From Macrostomum lignano (lineage: Eukaryota): a stretch of DNA of 64,000 nt. The DNA lies in the NCBI GenBank assembly GCA_002269645.1, contig NIVC01000636.1, forward strand, positions 271,646 through 335,645. The letters run 5' to 3'. Every line of letters starts with the position of its first letter. Within the stretch, counting starts at the first letter, position 1. The notes under the pieces are model-generated. The model saw only the letters and a list, made by a program, of their open reading frames with translations, did not search any database and was not told the origin of the DNA. This document shows positions 25,407-36,258 of the stretch, piece after piece. The position numbers and the translations under genes are program-made.

Positions 25407-26321
25407 TCAGTTGCCCCTGACGGTGGCCAGCAGGCGGGCGGCGCACGGCCGGCTGCAGCCGATCACGTCGGCGGCCACGGGGTCGGCAGGCGCGTGTGCG
25501 GCCCGCACGGCGGCCAGCAGGGCGTCGGCCTGGCGGCCGCAGGTCACCGGCTCGGACTCGCGCAAGCAGAGGTCGGCGGCCACGGTGACGAAGGCGCGGT
25601 CGCAGGCGCCGGCTTCGATGCCGTAGTGGCCCGCGCAGGCGGCGCACAGGCGGTGGCTGTCACACAAGGCGGCCGCCTCAGCGTCCATTGCCAGGCCGAA
25701 GCGGCGCCGCACCTGGGCGCAGTTGGCCAGCGGCGTTCCGGCCGGAAAGCAGGCGCCGCCCTCGGCTTCGGCTGCCTCCTCGCCTTCGGCGTCGTGCCGA
25801 GCCAGCATCCCGGCCAGCCGGCGCAGGTCGCGGTCCCGAGCCGCGTTCTCCGCTGCCTGCGGCGGCGGCGCCACGGCGGCGGCCCGCTTCGGCGGAGACG
25901 CGTCGGGGGCCTCGGCGGCCTCGGTGACCTCCGCGGCGGCCTCGGCGGCGGCAGCTGCGGTGGCTGCCACGGAGCGCAGCTCGGCGTTCTCGGCACGCAG
26001 GCGTCGCAGCTCGTGGGCCTGGCGGCGGAGCTTCCGGACGGCGGTGCGGCCGGCCCGGACGGCCTCGGTCAGGGCTTCGTCCAGCTCCAGGCGTCGCCGC
26101 AGGCCACCGAGCGCAGCCTCGCCTGCCAGCTCGGCAGAGTTGGACGCCAACGCCAGCTGGCTGCCCTCGGCCCGACGGTCCAGCGCGAGGTCGCCAGCGT
26201 ACACACCGTCGTCGAAGTCGTCGTCGAAGTCGCCTTCCGCGTCGGAGATTCGGGCGAAGGCACTCAGCAGCAGCAGCAGCAGCAGCGGCAGCGGCCGCAG
26301 GCAGGTGTAGCGGACAGTCAT
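25407..26321 (-). CDS. Secreted protein (304 aa): signal peptide, acidic/coiled-coil pro-region, C-terminal conodipine-like (group IX-type) phospholipase A2 domain, probably catalytically impaired
   Basis: Intronless GC-rich non-repetitive ORF with ATG and stop. Leu-rich signal peptide. Cys pattern C-x2-H-[R]-x-C-x2-C...C-D-x2-F-x7-C...C...C-x3-C resembles the CxxHDxCYxC...CDxxF core of conodipine-type sPLA2, recognised from memory and not by search. Confidence 0.8.
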   Translation of the reverse strand: MTVRYTCLRPLPLLLLLLLSAFARISDAEGDFDDDFDDGVYAGDLALDRRAEGSQLALASNSAELAGEAALGGLRRRLELDEALTEAVRAGRTAVRKLRRQAHELRRLRAENAELRSVAATAAAAAEAAAEVTEAAEAPDASPPKRAAAVAPPPQAAENAARDRDLRRLAGMLARHDAEGEEAAEAEGGACFPAGTPLANCAQVRRRFGLAMDAEAAALCDSHRLCAACAGHYGIEAGACDRAFVTVAADLCLRESEPVTCGRQADALLAAVRAAHAPADPVAADVIGCSRPCAARLLATVRGN

Positions 26322-29084
26322 GTCTCTGCGCTCCGCTGTGTCAATCCGCTCCCCTTCTCGCCAAAAAGCGCCGCTCCAGTCTTTTAAGGCTTTCCCAGAC
26401 TTATCTGAGCTGCACCGGGGCGGGGTGGCGAGATGGCGCGGCGGGTGGCCGTTTGTTTATCCCCACTAGTCCTGTCCCCGCCTGCCCTCGGGCCTGGACC
26501 AATGACAGCCGGCTCGCGTACTGCGGCATGCGGACTGGCACCTGCTGTTTGACTGGGAAGGGGCGGCAGTTCCCCAGGGCTGAGCTGAGGGGAGCAGTTT
26601 GAGCGCTGGGAGAGAGATGAGGAGAGATGAGAGAGATGAGATGAGGATCTGCAGCTGGGAATGCGGAGGGGGCCAGGTCCCATCCCGACACTTACAGGCT
26701 TTTGTTTCCTCACGTGGGGACAGAAAACAGAAGGCAGACAGACAGAAACACTGCACTGCCGGCACTGAATACGGGGGGGGGGGGTACGGGCTGAGAATAA
26801 GGGAACTGCTCAGTCTCACAGGACCTCAGCTCCGACACGACGTATAATTAAGAGTATAATGCAAGACATGCGGGACTGCTGTGCTAATTTCTGCTGCAAT
26901 TTCTGAATTGATCTCCAGCCTCGCAGTTTTTCCCAGCTCTCGAAGCGCCCGCTGACGTCCCACCTCCGTCCCGGAGTGCAGCGGGGTACAGCGGCCCGGC
27001 GGTCAGTCTGGAGTCTGTACTCTGGCATTGGTTTGAGTCAGGTGTGCCAGAAAGCGGAAAACCCTCTGCCTGGGCCAAGATAGACTTTGAGAAGGGCTGG
27101 AATGATGAGGGCTAGGGGAAAGGAGACGCATGCTGACAGCAATATGCATCTTGCTCCATGGCCTGAGTTGCCATGGCAACCGTGACAGAATTGGCGAGGC
27201 GTAGAGGCACGAGCGCGAGCCTGGAAGAAGAGGGAGCGGAAAGAGGGGAGCTGAGCAAACCGAGCCAAACTTTGCAGTTTTGTCCCTGAGAGCATCGGCC
27301 TCGTTGCTGGGAGAGACGGGAGCGACTTGAGCTCAGCTTCAAGCTTTGTTGTCCATGAAAATTAGATGGATGTGCGGCAATTATTCATTTTTTCGAGCTC
27401 TCCTTTGAGCTCGCGGCACCGCCCTCCCAGCAATGTTTGCCTTTCCTCAACGACTCTTTGATGTCCGGGCCGATCGTGGCAATTTTCAGTCAAAAAAGCT
27501 GATCTCGAATGTACTTTAGTGGCCGCTGCCTTCCCAGATTTTTCCCGGGCATTAAGTCGGGGGATCTTGTGGGATTAGGAAAATTGCAGGCCGCATCGTA
27601 AAACTCTGCTGAGCTCGGATCGCCCCGGCGAGCCCATTGTGCAGCTATAATTGGATTCCGAGGGCCGCCGCTGCCGCTCGCTCCGCCGTCCCCGGCCGAA
27701 ATCTCGGCAATCGGATGGCGGCGCGGGGCACCGGGGAACTCTTTGAGGAAGCCGGCCTGTCCCGGCCAAGCTCTGAAACCCTGGGGATTTCAGTCAGTCT
27801 GCTTCCCCTTCCACTCTCTCTCGGTGCTAGTGAGCAGATTTGCCAGCCGCCTAAGGCATCAATTATTCCTCGTGTCCCTGTGTTATCCTCCTTCCTGAGA
27901 GCTGAGGGACCGGCTGCACTATTGCAGCCCCTCAGCCTCTCCAGCTCATGCCCGGCCTCATGTCTTGCATCCGCCGTTCTTGAGCCTCTCATTGTGAATT
28001 TTTAACGGACTTTCAAGCTCACGATTTCAGCCCATTCGCAAGTTCATGTGCGCAATCGGAGTCTGCGTCAATTATCACAGATCTGCAAATGTCTGGTCCA
28101 CGCTCTCTCCTGATGAGGAACAGAGCAACCGCAGCCCCACAATGCATGCAAGTTTTGACGCAGATGAGAAAGCAAGAGCTGGCTGTACTCTGTAAGTGGA
28201 GTGCGCCGACTCGATTGAGAATTTATCAATCAATTCATTTTTAACAGCATGAAAAAAAGCATTTGTCTGCCCACAGATGCCGTCTAGACAGCAACATGGG
28301 TCAGGACATACTCAGCAGAATTGGCAGGAGCAGCAGCCGAGCACTCAGCGCTACTCAGCGATTTGAGTAGCAATCAAAATCCGGCAGGGGCGCTCGGCAC
28401 TAGCTGCAGGGAATTCATCCCATTTTTAATCTCCAATCTGCCATGCAGCGCCCGCTAAGTGATGACGCATCAATGTCAAAATTTTTCAGCCTATAACAAG
28501 CTTCTATTATGAATCCAAAGAAGGTCGCGAGTTCGAGTACCACACTAGACTTGTCGAGAAATTGTATCCTACGCAGGGAATGTGTCCCAAGGCGGAAGTA
28601 TGCGGATGAGCAATTGCCATGGCAACCTCGGCATAAAGCCGTATTTAACAGTCAGATGAAATGACACACACAGGCCGCGCTGGGTGCCATGAAATATAAA
28701 TGCGCAGCGGGCTACTGCAGGCAGCCAGTTGAATAGGGGCAGGCGGGTATTGAGCCAAGCAGCGGCCAGGGCCAACTTGAAGCACCAATAAAATTGAGAA
28801 AAAAACTGTAGCCTGCGGCGTCGCTCCATCATCCTGCCGGAGTCGCCTGCCCAGGTGAGGGGATTGGGCCGTGATAAATTAAATTACAGCTCAGCGAGAG
28901 GTCTATGCGGGCTGGCAAGTACAGTTGGACACAATTAAGCAGGGCAAGTGCTCTACGCTGGTACGAGTATAGAGGCTGAATCGCGGATCATTGGATTTTA
29001 TGCGTTCATTTCTTCTACTTATAGTAACAAAGAAGCGCGAGAAATTCTTTTTTTAATCTTTGATAAATATCATCAATATTTACC

Positions 29085-30570
29085 CCCTCCCAAGTGACTT
29101 GATTCTCGTGAACTGGAACCCCAAGTGACTGGATTCTCGTGAACTGGAACCCCAAGTGACTGGATTCTCGTGAATTCGAACCCCCCAAGTGACTGGATTC
29201 TCGTGAATTCGAACCCCATTAAGTGACTGGATTCTCGTGAACTGGAAACCCCCCTCCCAAGTGACTGCATCCTCGTGAACTGGAACCCAAGTGACTGGAT
29301 TCTCGTGAACTGGAACCCAAGTGACTGCATTCTCGTGAACTGGAACCCCAAGTGACTGCATTCTCGTGAGCTGGAACCCCAAGTCCTGGATTCTCGTGAA
29401 CTGGAACCCCAAGTGACTGCATTCTCGTGAGCTGGAACCCCAAGTGACTGCATTCTCGTGAGCTGGAACCCCAAGTGTCTGGATTCTCGTGAACTGGAAC
29501 CCCAAGTGACTGGATTCTCGTGAATTCGAACCCCCCAAGTGACTGGATTCTCGTGAATTCGAACCCCCCAAGTGACTGGATTCTCGTGAACTGGAAACCC
29601 CCCCTCCCAAGTGACTGCATCCTCGTGAACTGGAACCCAAGTGACTGGATTCTCGTGAACTGGAACCCAAGTGACTGCATTCTCGTGAACTGGAACCCCA
29701 AGTGACTGCATTCTCGTGAGCTGGAACCCCAAGTCCTGGATTCTCGTGAACTGGAACCCCAAGTGACTGCATTCTCGTGAGCTGGAACCCCAAGTGACTG
29801 CATTCTCGTGAGCTGGAACCCCAAGTGACTGCATTCTCGTGAGCTGGAACCCCAAGTGACTGCATTCTCGTGAGCTGGAACCCCAAGTGACTGCTGACTG
29901 GATTCTCGTGAGCTGGAACCCCAAGTGACTGCATTCTCGTGACCTGGAACCCCAAGTGACTGCATTCTCGTGAGCTGGAACCCCAAGTGACTGCTGACTG
30001 GATTCTCGTGAGCTGGAACCCCAAGTGACTGCATTCTCGTGAGCTGGAACCCCAAGTGACTGCATTCTCGTGAGCTGGAACCCCAAGTGACTGCATTCTC
30101 GTGAGCTGGAACCCCAAGTCCTGGATTCTCGTGAACTGGAACCCCAAGTGACTGCATTCTCGTGAACTGGAACCCCAAGTGACTGCATTCTCGTGAGCTG
30201 GAACCCCAAGTCCTGGATTCTCGTGAACTGGAACCCCAAGTGACTGGACTCTCGTGAGCTGGAACCCCAAGTGACTGCATTCTCGTGAACTGGAATCCCA
30301 AGTGACTGCATTCTCGTGAGCTGGAACCCCAAGTCCTGGATTCTCGTGAGCTGGAACCCCAAGTGACTGCATTCTCGTGAGCTGGAACCCCAAATGACTG
30401 CATTCTCGTGAGCTGGAACCCCAAGTGACTGCATTCTCGTGAACTGGAACCCCAAGTGTCTGGATTCTCGTGAGCTGGAACCCCAAATGACTGGATTCTC
30501 GTGAGCTGGAACCCCAAATGACTGGATTCTCGTGAGCTGGAACCCCAAGTGTCTGGATTCTCGTGAACTG
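29085..30570. repeat. 31-bp minisatellite (CCAAGTGACTGCATTCTCGTGAGCTGGAACC) with a higher-order internal duplication
   Basis: Direct observation; rare variants (AATTCGAACCCCC, GGAAACCCCCTCCC) recur ~350 bp apart. Confidence 0.93.
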
Positions 30571-31154
30571 ACTCAGACTTAGTCTCACCAGAGCTAACAC
30601 CTGCTTCTTGTACAGGGAACGGTCAGAATGCCCTATTTAGTGTCTAACCGAGACCTTCTGATTCATTATTACAGTTGCAGCTGCAAAAACTTGGAGCAAC
30701 CTATCAATCAATACCCAGCTCAACTCTATACCGAGAGGAAAGGCAGAGTAACTTGCTCACTAATGCACTTTGAACCCGTGCTCATTCATCACAGCTCCAT
30801 GCCCTCATTTCCGGAGCAGGATTTTCTTTAAGAATGGCAATTGCCTCAGTTATAAGGCTACCAAAATGAAGCAAGGCAATCAATAAGCTGGACTGCATTT
30901 TAGCCAATAGTAAAGACAAAATATTTCCAATTCAATATGCCATATAATTACAGCAATCATGCAATGTACTCGTCATTACAATAGGATTAATAGGCGAAGT
31001 TCACTCTGAACAGAAGAAAAATTAAAATGAAATTTTTAAAACAACAGCTAACGGCACGGCTGCACGGCGTAACAGCGGCAAAGTCTGAATTTTTATGGAC
31101 ACCCAACTGACACCGAACACTAGAGGCTGCGGGCAGCGAGCTGGGGTGGGTGAT

Positions 31155-31510
31155 TGGGGGAGTGGGGGATTTGGGAAGTGGGGGATTGGGAAGTGGGGAT
31201 TGGGGAGTGGGGGATTTGGGAAGTGGGGGATTGGGAAGTGTTGGATTGGGAAGTGTGGGATTAGGAAGTGGGGATTTAGGAAGTGGGGATTGGGAAGTGG
31301 GGGATTGGGAAGTAGGGGATTGGGAAGTGGGGGATTGGGAAGTGGGGGATTTGGGAAGTGGGGGATTTGGGAAGTGGGGGATTGGGAAGTGTTGGATTGG
31401 GAAGTGTGGGATTGGGAAGTGGGGATTGGGAAGTGTTGGATTGGGAAGTGTTGGATTAGGAAGTGGGGATTTGGGAAGTGGGGATTTGGGAAGTGGGGGA
31501 TTGGGAAATG
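31155..31510. repeat. G-rich 15-16-bp minisatellite (GGGATTGGGAAGTGG)
   Basis: Direct observation. Confidence 0.9.
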
Positions 31511-32259
31511 GGGGCTTGAGAGGTGGGAGAACGCGACAATTTTGGGATGCAATCATAGTGTAAGCAGCGAGAAACAGAGAAATGTAATTAAAATAAAGTG
31601 AAAGAGTCAATTCGGGCAAACGAGAGACTTGAGTGCTGTCGCGACTGCTCAAACCGCAGCAGCAAAGATAGGGAGCACAAATGGACAGTAAATAAGCAAG
31701 GACAAAAAGCATTAATCGGGACTTTATTCCCGCAAAAATCCACGCAATGAGCAGAAACAAATAAAGGTACAAAAAGTCCGCACCCGCCGCTGCAGACAAG
31801 AATTTTTGCTTTTGCAGGCACACCTGCGATGGCAGGCTGGGAGATTGGGCAGCAGAGGGGGGGGGGCAAAGCGGCCGCAAGTGAGCAGCTCTGAGTACAG
31901 GGGGAGATTGCAAGTCCCAGAGAGCAAGACTTTTTGCGATCAGGGGGAGGAGGGACAGAAGGAGGAATCCGATTTTATCCCCCCCCCCGAGTGTACACCG
32001 GCTGGACGTCGCTAGCCGCGCAGAGCAAGCGGAGATGCTGCAAAGCGCCGATCTCAGCTGAGGAAGGCGGGCAGGCAGGTGCAAAATCAAAGACAAGACG
32101 ACAGGAAGAGGACTGAGCGCGGGGCCGGCGATGCAAAGCTATTTTGGGACTCTCCGAGCATCACAAGCTCCGAGTCCGCATTGAATTTCGTTGTTAAGCC
32201 CCCCGCCCATCCCCGGCTGCCTCCCCTCGCGGATTATCCCCAGCAGCTGAGCTGGAGCT

Positions 32260-32793
32260 TCATCCCTTGGCCTGTGCGGCCAGCCACTCCAGGCCGGCCG
32301 TGAGGCCCTCGCCGCTCAGGGCGCAGCAGGCCTGAATGTGCCAGGGGTTGGCCCGGATGCTGGTGAGGTCCAGCGCCTGGCTGATCTCGGCCGCGGACAG
32401 CCGGCCGTTGATGTCCTGCTTGTTGGCGAGCACGAGCAGCCGCGCCCGCTTCAGGTGGTCCGAGGCGAGCATCTTGTACAGCTCGTCCTTGATGACGGCC
32501 AGCCGCTGCCTGTCGGAGGAGTCGATGACGAGGATGATGAAGTCGGTGCTCTGGTAGTAGGTCTCCCACGTGGCCCGGATGGAGGTCTGGCCGCCCAGGT
32601 CCCACATCACGAAGTGGATGTTGCGCCAGCGCAGCTGCTCCACGTTGGAGCCGATGGTAGGCGAGGTGTGCACGGCCTCGCCCAGCACCAGCTGGTACAG
32701 CACGGTGGTCTTGCCGGCATTGTCCAGCCCGACCAGCAGTACTTTGTGCTCTTGGGTACCAAAAAGGCTCCACAGCCTGGCTATTATCAGCCC
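32260..32793 (-). CDS. ARL5: ADP-ribosylation factor-like GTPase 5; exon starts at Gly2 and the initiator ATG is not adjacent in the genome
   Basis: [31 protein letters not shown] and [13 protein letters not shown] match ARL5A/B. Acceptor TTGCAG| at 32799-32794 is followed by GGG CTG ATA. In-frame TAA at 32820-32818 with no ATG in between. Confidence 0.95.
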   Translation of the reverse strand, partial: GLIIARLWSLFGTQEHKVLLVGLDNAGKTTVLYQLVLGEAVHTSPTIGSNVEQLRWRNIHFVMWDLGGQTSIRATWETYYQSTDFIILVIDSSDRQRLAVIKDELYKMLASDHLKRARLLVLANKQDINGRLSAAEISQALDLTSIRANPWHIQACCALSGEGLTAGLEWLAAQAKG

Positions 32794-35195
32794 CTGCAAG
32801 TTGGCGAGTGCCGTGATTTACTGATAGGCTTCAACTGAACTCGAATTAACAACCAGGTAGGATCCTGGGATTGGGATCCTACTTGACCCTTATTCAATAC
32901 AAGGCTGGATGAGACAAGGAATTAGGCAGGCAGTCAAGATGGAATTGAAAGTTTCATGCTTGCATATCGAACTATTTGACAACAGGGAATAATCTGGTCT
33001 GTTCTTGCCACATTCTCTCAAACAAACCACATGCTAAGAGTTCACCTTCGACCTGCTGAATCATCTTGGGACCAGTCTGGTTCAGTATAAGCTGTGGTCC
33101 ATTTCTCTTCTACTCCCTTGGGTGTGGGATGAGAGATGCTAATGCCAGACCTGGGGAGTTGCAGCTCTCTACAAAAGTACATGTTTTTTGTTATATGGAT
33201 ATATAAGCTTGTAGACAGGACATACAAATACATATATGGCTTTGGGAATGCATATTGCCTATATCTAATTAGTAATATTTGCCAATCAACAACAGAATTA
33301 ATTTAGACTTATTAAAAGATCATTGGAGCCCTTGATTTAATTGGTAAGAAGGGGGGGGGGGTAAAACAGAAGAAATAAATTAATTTTGCCCATTTCAAAG
33401 CTTTTGTAAAGCAGAGGGAACTATCAAATTCTTAGGTTAGGGACTCAAGCAATAGAGATCTTCTAAGCAATTGAGGCTAAAGTTGAGATAAATTCAATCC
33501 TAGCCATTCTTATAATATTAATAAATAATAATTTACAATATTACACTTGCCTTAATGGCCAGATGTGCAACCAACAGCTTAGCTATAGCTATTATGCAAT
33601 TATGAAAAGTTATAGGAAATTAATTAGCTATAGATATAAACATAAGTAAAGAATAAGAAAATGTATAAACTGCTATAGATATAGATACAAGAAAGTTTTT
33701 GTTATGGTTGAGCTCTTGCTTGTTGGATAAGTTCACAATATATAAAATTTTATTTTTGACAAAAAATCTAATATATAGTATTGTATATTAAAAATAATTA
33801 TTAACAATATATTATTACCTATAACTTTAAAGCTATCATCTATTGGAATAAAAAATATTTTAGGACATAAAGGAATCTTAATAGCCAAAGTTAGTGATAT
33901 AATTATTGAATGAAATAAGAAAATCATGCTAAAAAATAGAAAAAAGAAAGAACTCATGATGAACTTATGAAAAGAAAGAGAAAAGATTGTCTATAAATGA
34001 AAGATTGAAAAAATATACATTAAAAGACCTTTCTTTTGCTGATTTGTTTTTTTCATATACTAAAAATGGTTTATCAATAGTGAATAGGTATCTATGCATA
34101 CATGCCCAACCTCAAAATTTCACCTGTCCGATGCAACTTAGTTTTATCTAGATTAGTTAGTTCCTCCTAATTGCAACTTAGTTCTTCTTGATTGCAACTC
34201 AGTTACCCCAATTGCAACTTAATTTTCAATTTGTATGATTTTCCTTGCCTTTTTTCTTTTCTTCTTTTTCTCTTTTCTTTTCTCTCTCTCCTCTCTCCTT
34301 TCTTTTCTTTTTCTCTTTCTCTCCTTCATTCTTTTCCCAATTTTTTCAATTTTCGCTTTTTTGATTTTGCAACTTACCTTGGCTAATGTTCCCAAAGATG
34401 TTCCCAAATCAGTACATGTATTTTTATTAAGCTCTAGCTCATTGCTAATAAATGGATGAAATATTATGCTAGCTAAGACATCAGAAATTATGCTTTTTTA
34501 TAGTTGATATAGCCCATAATAGTAATAATTTTATACTTTTCTACTATGCTAGGCCTAGGGCTAAAAAAGGTCTACATTTTATTTTACTAATTAGCAGATA
34601 ATCAATGTTTAATAGGTTTTAAAATTGTTAGACCTTTAACTTAAATAAGATAAATAGCATAGTAACTAAGTAAGCTGTAGTAGTAGGTAGGCTGTAGTAG
34701 GCCAGTGCAGGCAAAAATAGGCCCACCTAATAGTAATAGAATGGATATTGGATAAGATAAAATTGAATGGTTTAAATTGAACCAACAAAAGTTAAGAGTA
34801 AGACAAAGTGCTGACAAGCAAAAAGAAATATACAGAATAGAGAGTACTCGTATATATATACTAACGTAACCCACTTTTATAGCAGGAACTAAACTAAAAA
34901 GACTAACACTAGTCGCCTACCTTGACTGAGATTAAATTAAGCAAATAAAGACCAACCCTACCTCCTATACATAGTGATGGTGTGACGTACTTGCCTATAT
35001 TTGGAAGATTATTCGGCCTATTTTTTAGCACTTATTATCACACTTAAAATTATTTTGAGATTTACTGAAACAATTAAACTCAAATAGTTAAATTCGTTGA
35101 AATACCATATTGAGTTTCTTTACTTTTGTTTTTTTACACTATTCTGCCATTTTAATTTTAGATTTTACACGAAACAAACGTGAACAATAATGCCA

Positions 35196-35613
35196 GTAAA
35201 GTGTAAAAAGTTACACACCCAGTTTTTTTGGGGAAAACGTTACCTTCAAATTGCGTTCAAAGAGCACAATGAAATTGAAAATAATATTGTATTTTGATTT
35301 CGTTTGTCTAGTTCAAATTAAAATTGCAAGTTAGAAGCTTATAGAATGGGTAAAATAAATCACAAGAGCATTTTTATTTTTTCATTGGGTAAGCGTGTGT
35401 AAACCCTGGGTAATTTCAGGTACGTTTTTGGGGTAATGTCTTACCCAGCAATTAAACACTCATTTATTGGCCTCATCATCTATATTTTATGAATAATTAT
35501 TCTATGATTTATGCTGCATAGGCGATAGCAAGTTATTTTCAATTTCATTGCGCTCTTTGAATGCAATTTGAAGGTAACGTTTTCGGGTAACTGGGTAACT
35601 TTTTACACTTTAC
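35196..35613. mobile_element. Foldback/MITE-like element with ~85-bp inverted arms
   Basis: 35196-35284 (GTAAAGTGTAAAAAG...AAAACGTTACCTTCAAATTGCGTTCAAAGAGCACAATGAAATTGAAAATAA) is the near reverse complement of 35533-35613. No clear target-site duplication. Confidence 0.6.
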
Positions 35614-35829
35614 CATAAAGCTTGAACTGCAGAGCAAACATCTGCAGATAGCAAGCATCCCCAGATATTGTTGAAGCATCCACCCAGATAGCAAGCATCT
35701 TCCGAGATAGCAAGCATCCCCCAGATATTGTTGAAGCATCTACCCAGATATAAAAAATCCTGCAGATAGCAAGAATCCCTAAATTGCAAGCATCCCTGGA
35801 TAGAAAGAATCCGATACATGTAGCCTAGC

Positions 35830-36140
35830 TTATCAAGTGCAATAATCCTTTGTTTGCCAATGCAGTTAATCCTTGGTTTATCAAGCGCAGTAATCCTTGG
35901 TTATCAAGTGCAGAAATCCTTGGTTTATTAAGTGCAGTAATCCTTGGTTTATCAAGTGCAGTAATCCATGGTTTATCAAGTGCAGAAATCCTTGGTTTAT
36001 CAAGTGTAGTAATCTTTGGTTTATCAAGTGCAATAATCCTTGGTTTATCAAGTGCAGTAATCCTTGGTTTATCAAGTGCAGTAATCCTTGGTTTATCAAA
36101 TGCAGTAATCCTTGATATATCAAGTGCAGTAATCCTTGGT
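35830..36140. repeat. 24-bp minisatellite (ATCAAGTGCAGTAATCCTTGGTTT)
   Basis: Direct observation. Confidence 0.88.
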
Positions 36141-36191
36141 TTATTAAGTGAATGAAAAGAAAATTTCACTACTTTTATATACTTTATATAC

Positions 36192-36258
36192 ACTACTAAG
36201 ATTTGAACCTAGGTCGCTGCATTAGTAGTCCAGTATGTTCAGCTCTAGGCTAGCTCTC
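36192..36258 (-). pseudogene. Degenerate tRNA-like sequence (pseudogene or SINE head)
   Basis: Minus strand TAGCCTAGAGCTGAA...CTGGA CTACTAA TGCAG CGAC CTAGG TTCAAAT CTTAG gives an A-box, anticodon arm and T arm with mismatches; the acceptor stem does not pair. Confidence 0.45.

Noticed and set aside
25494-26387. Antisense 297-aa and 195-aa ORFs over the PLA2-like gene
   Set aside because: Shadow ORFs of a GC-rich coding sequence.
32794-32799. TTG start assigned by the ORF track for ARL5 (MQG...)
   Set aside because: TTGCAG is the 3' splice site, and MQG would destroy the Gly2 myristoylation signal.
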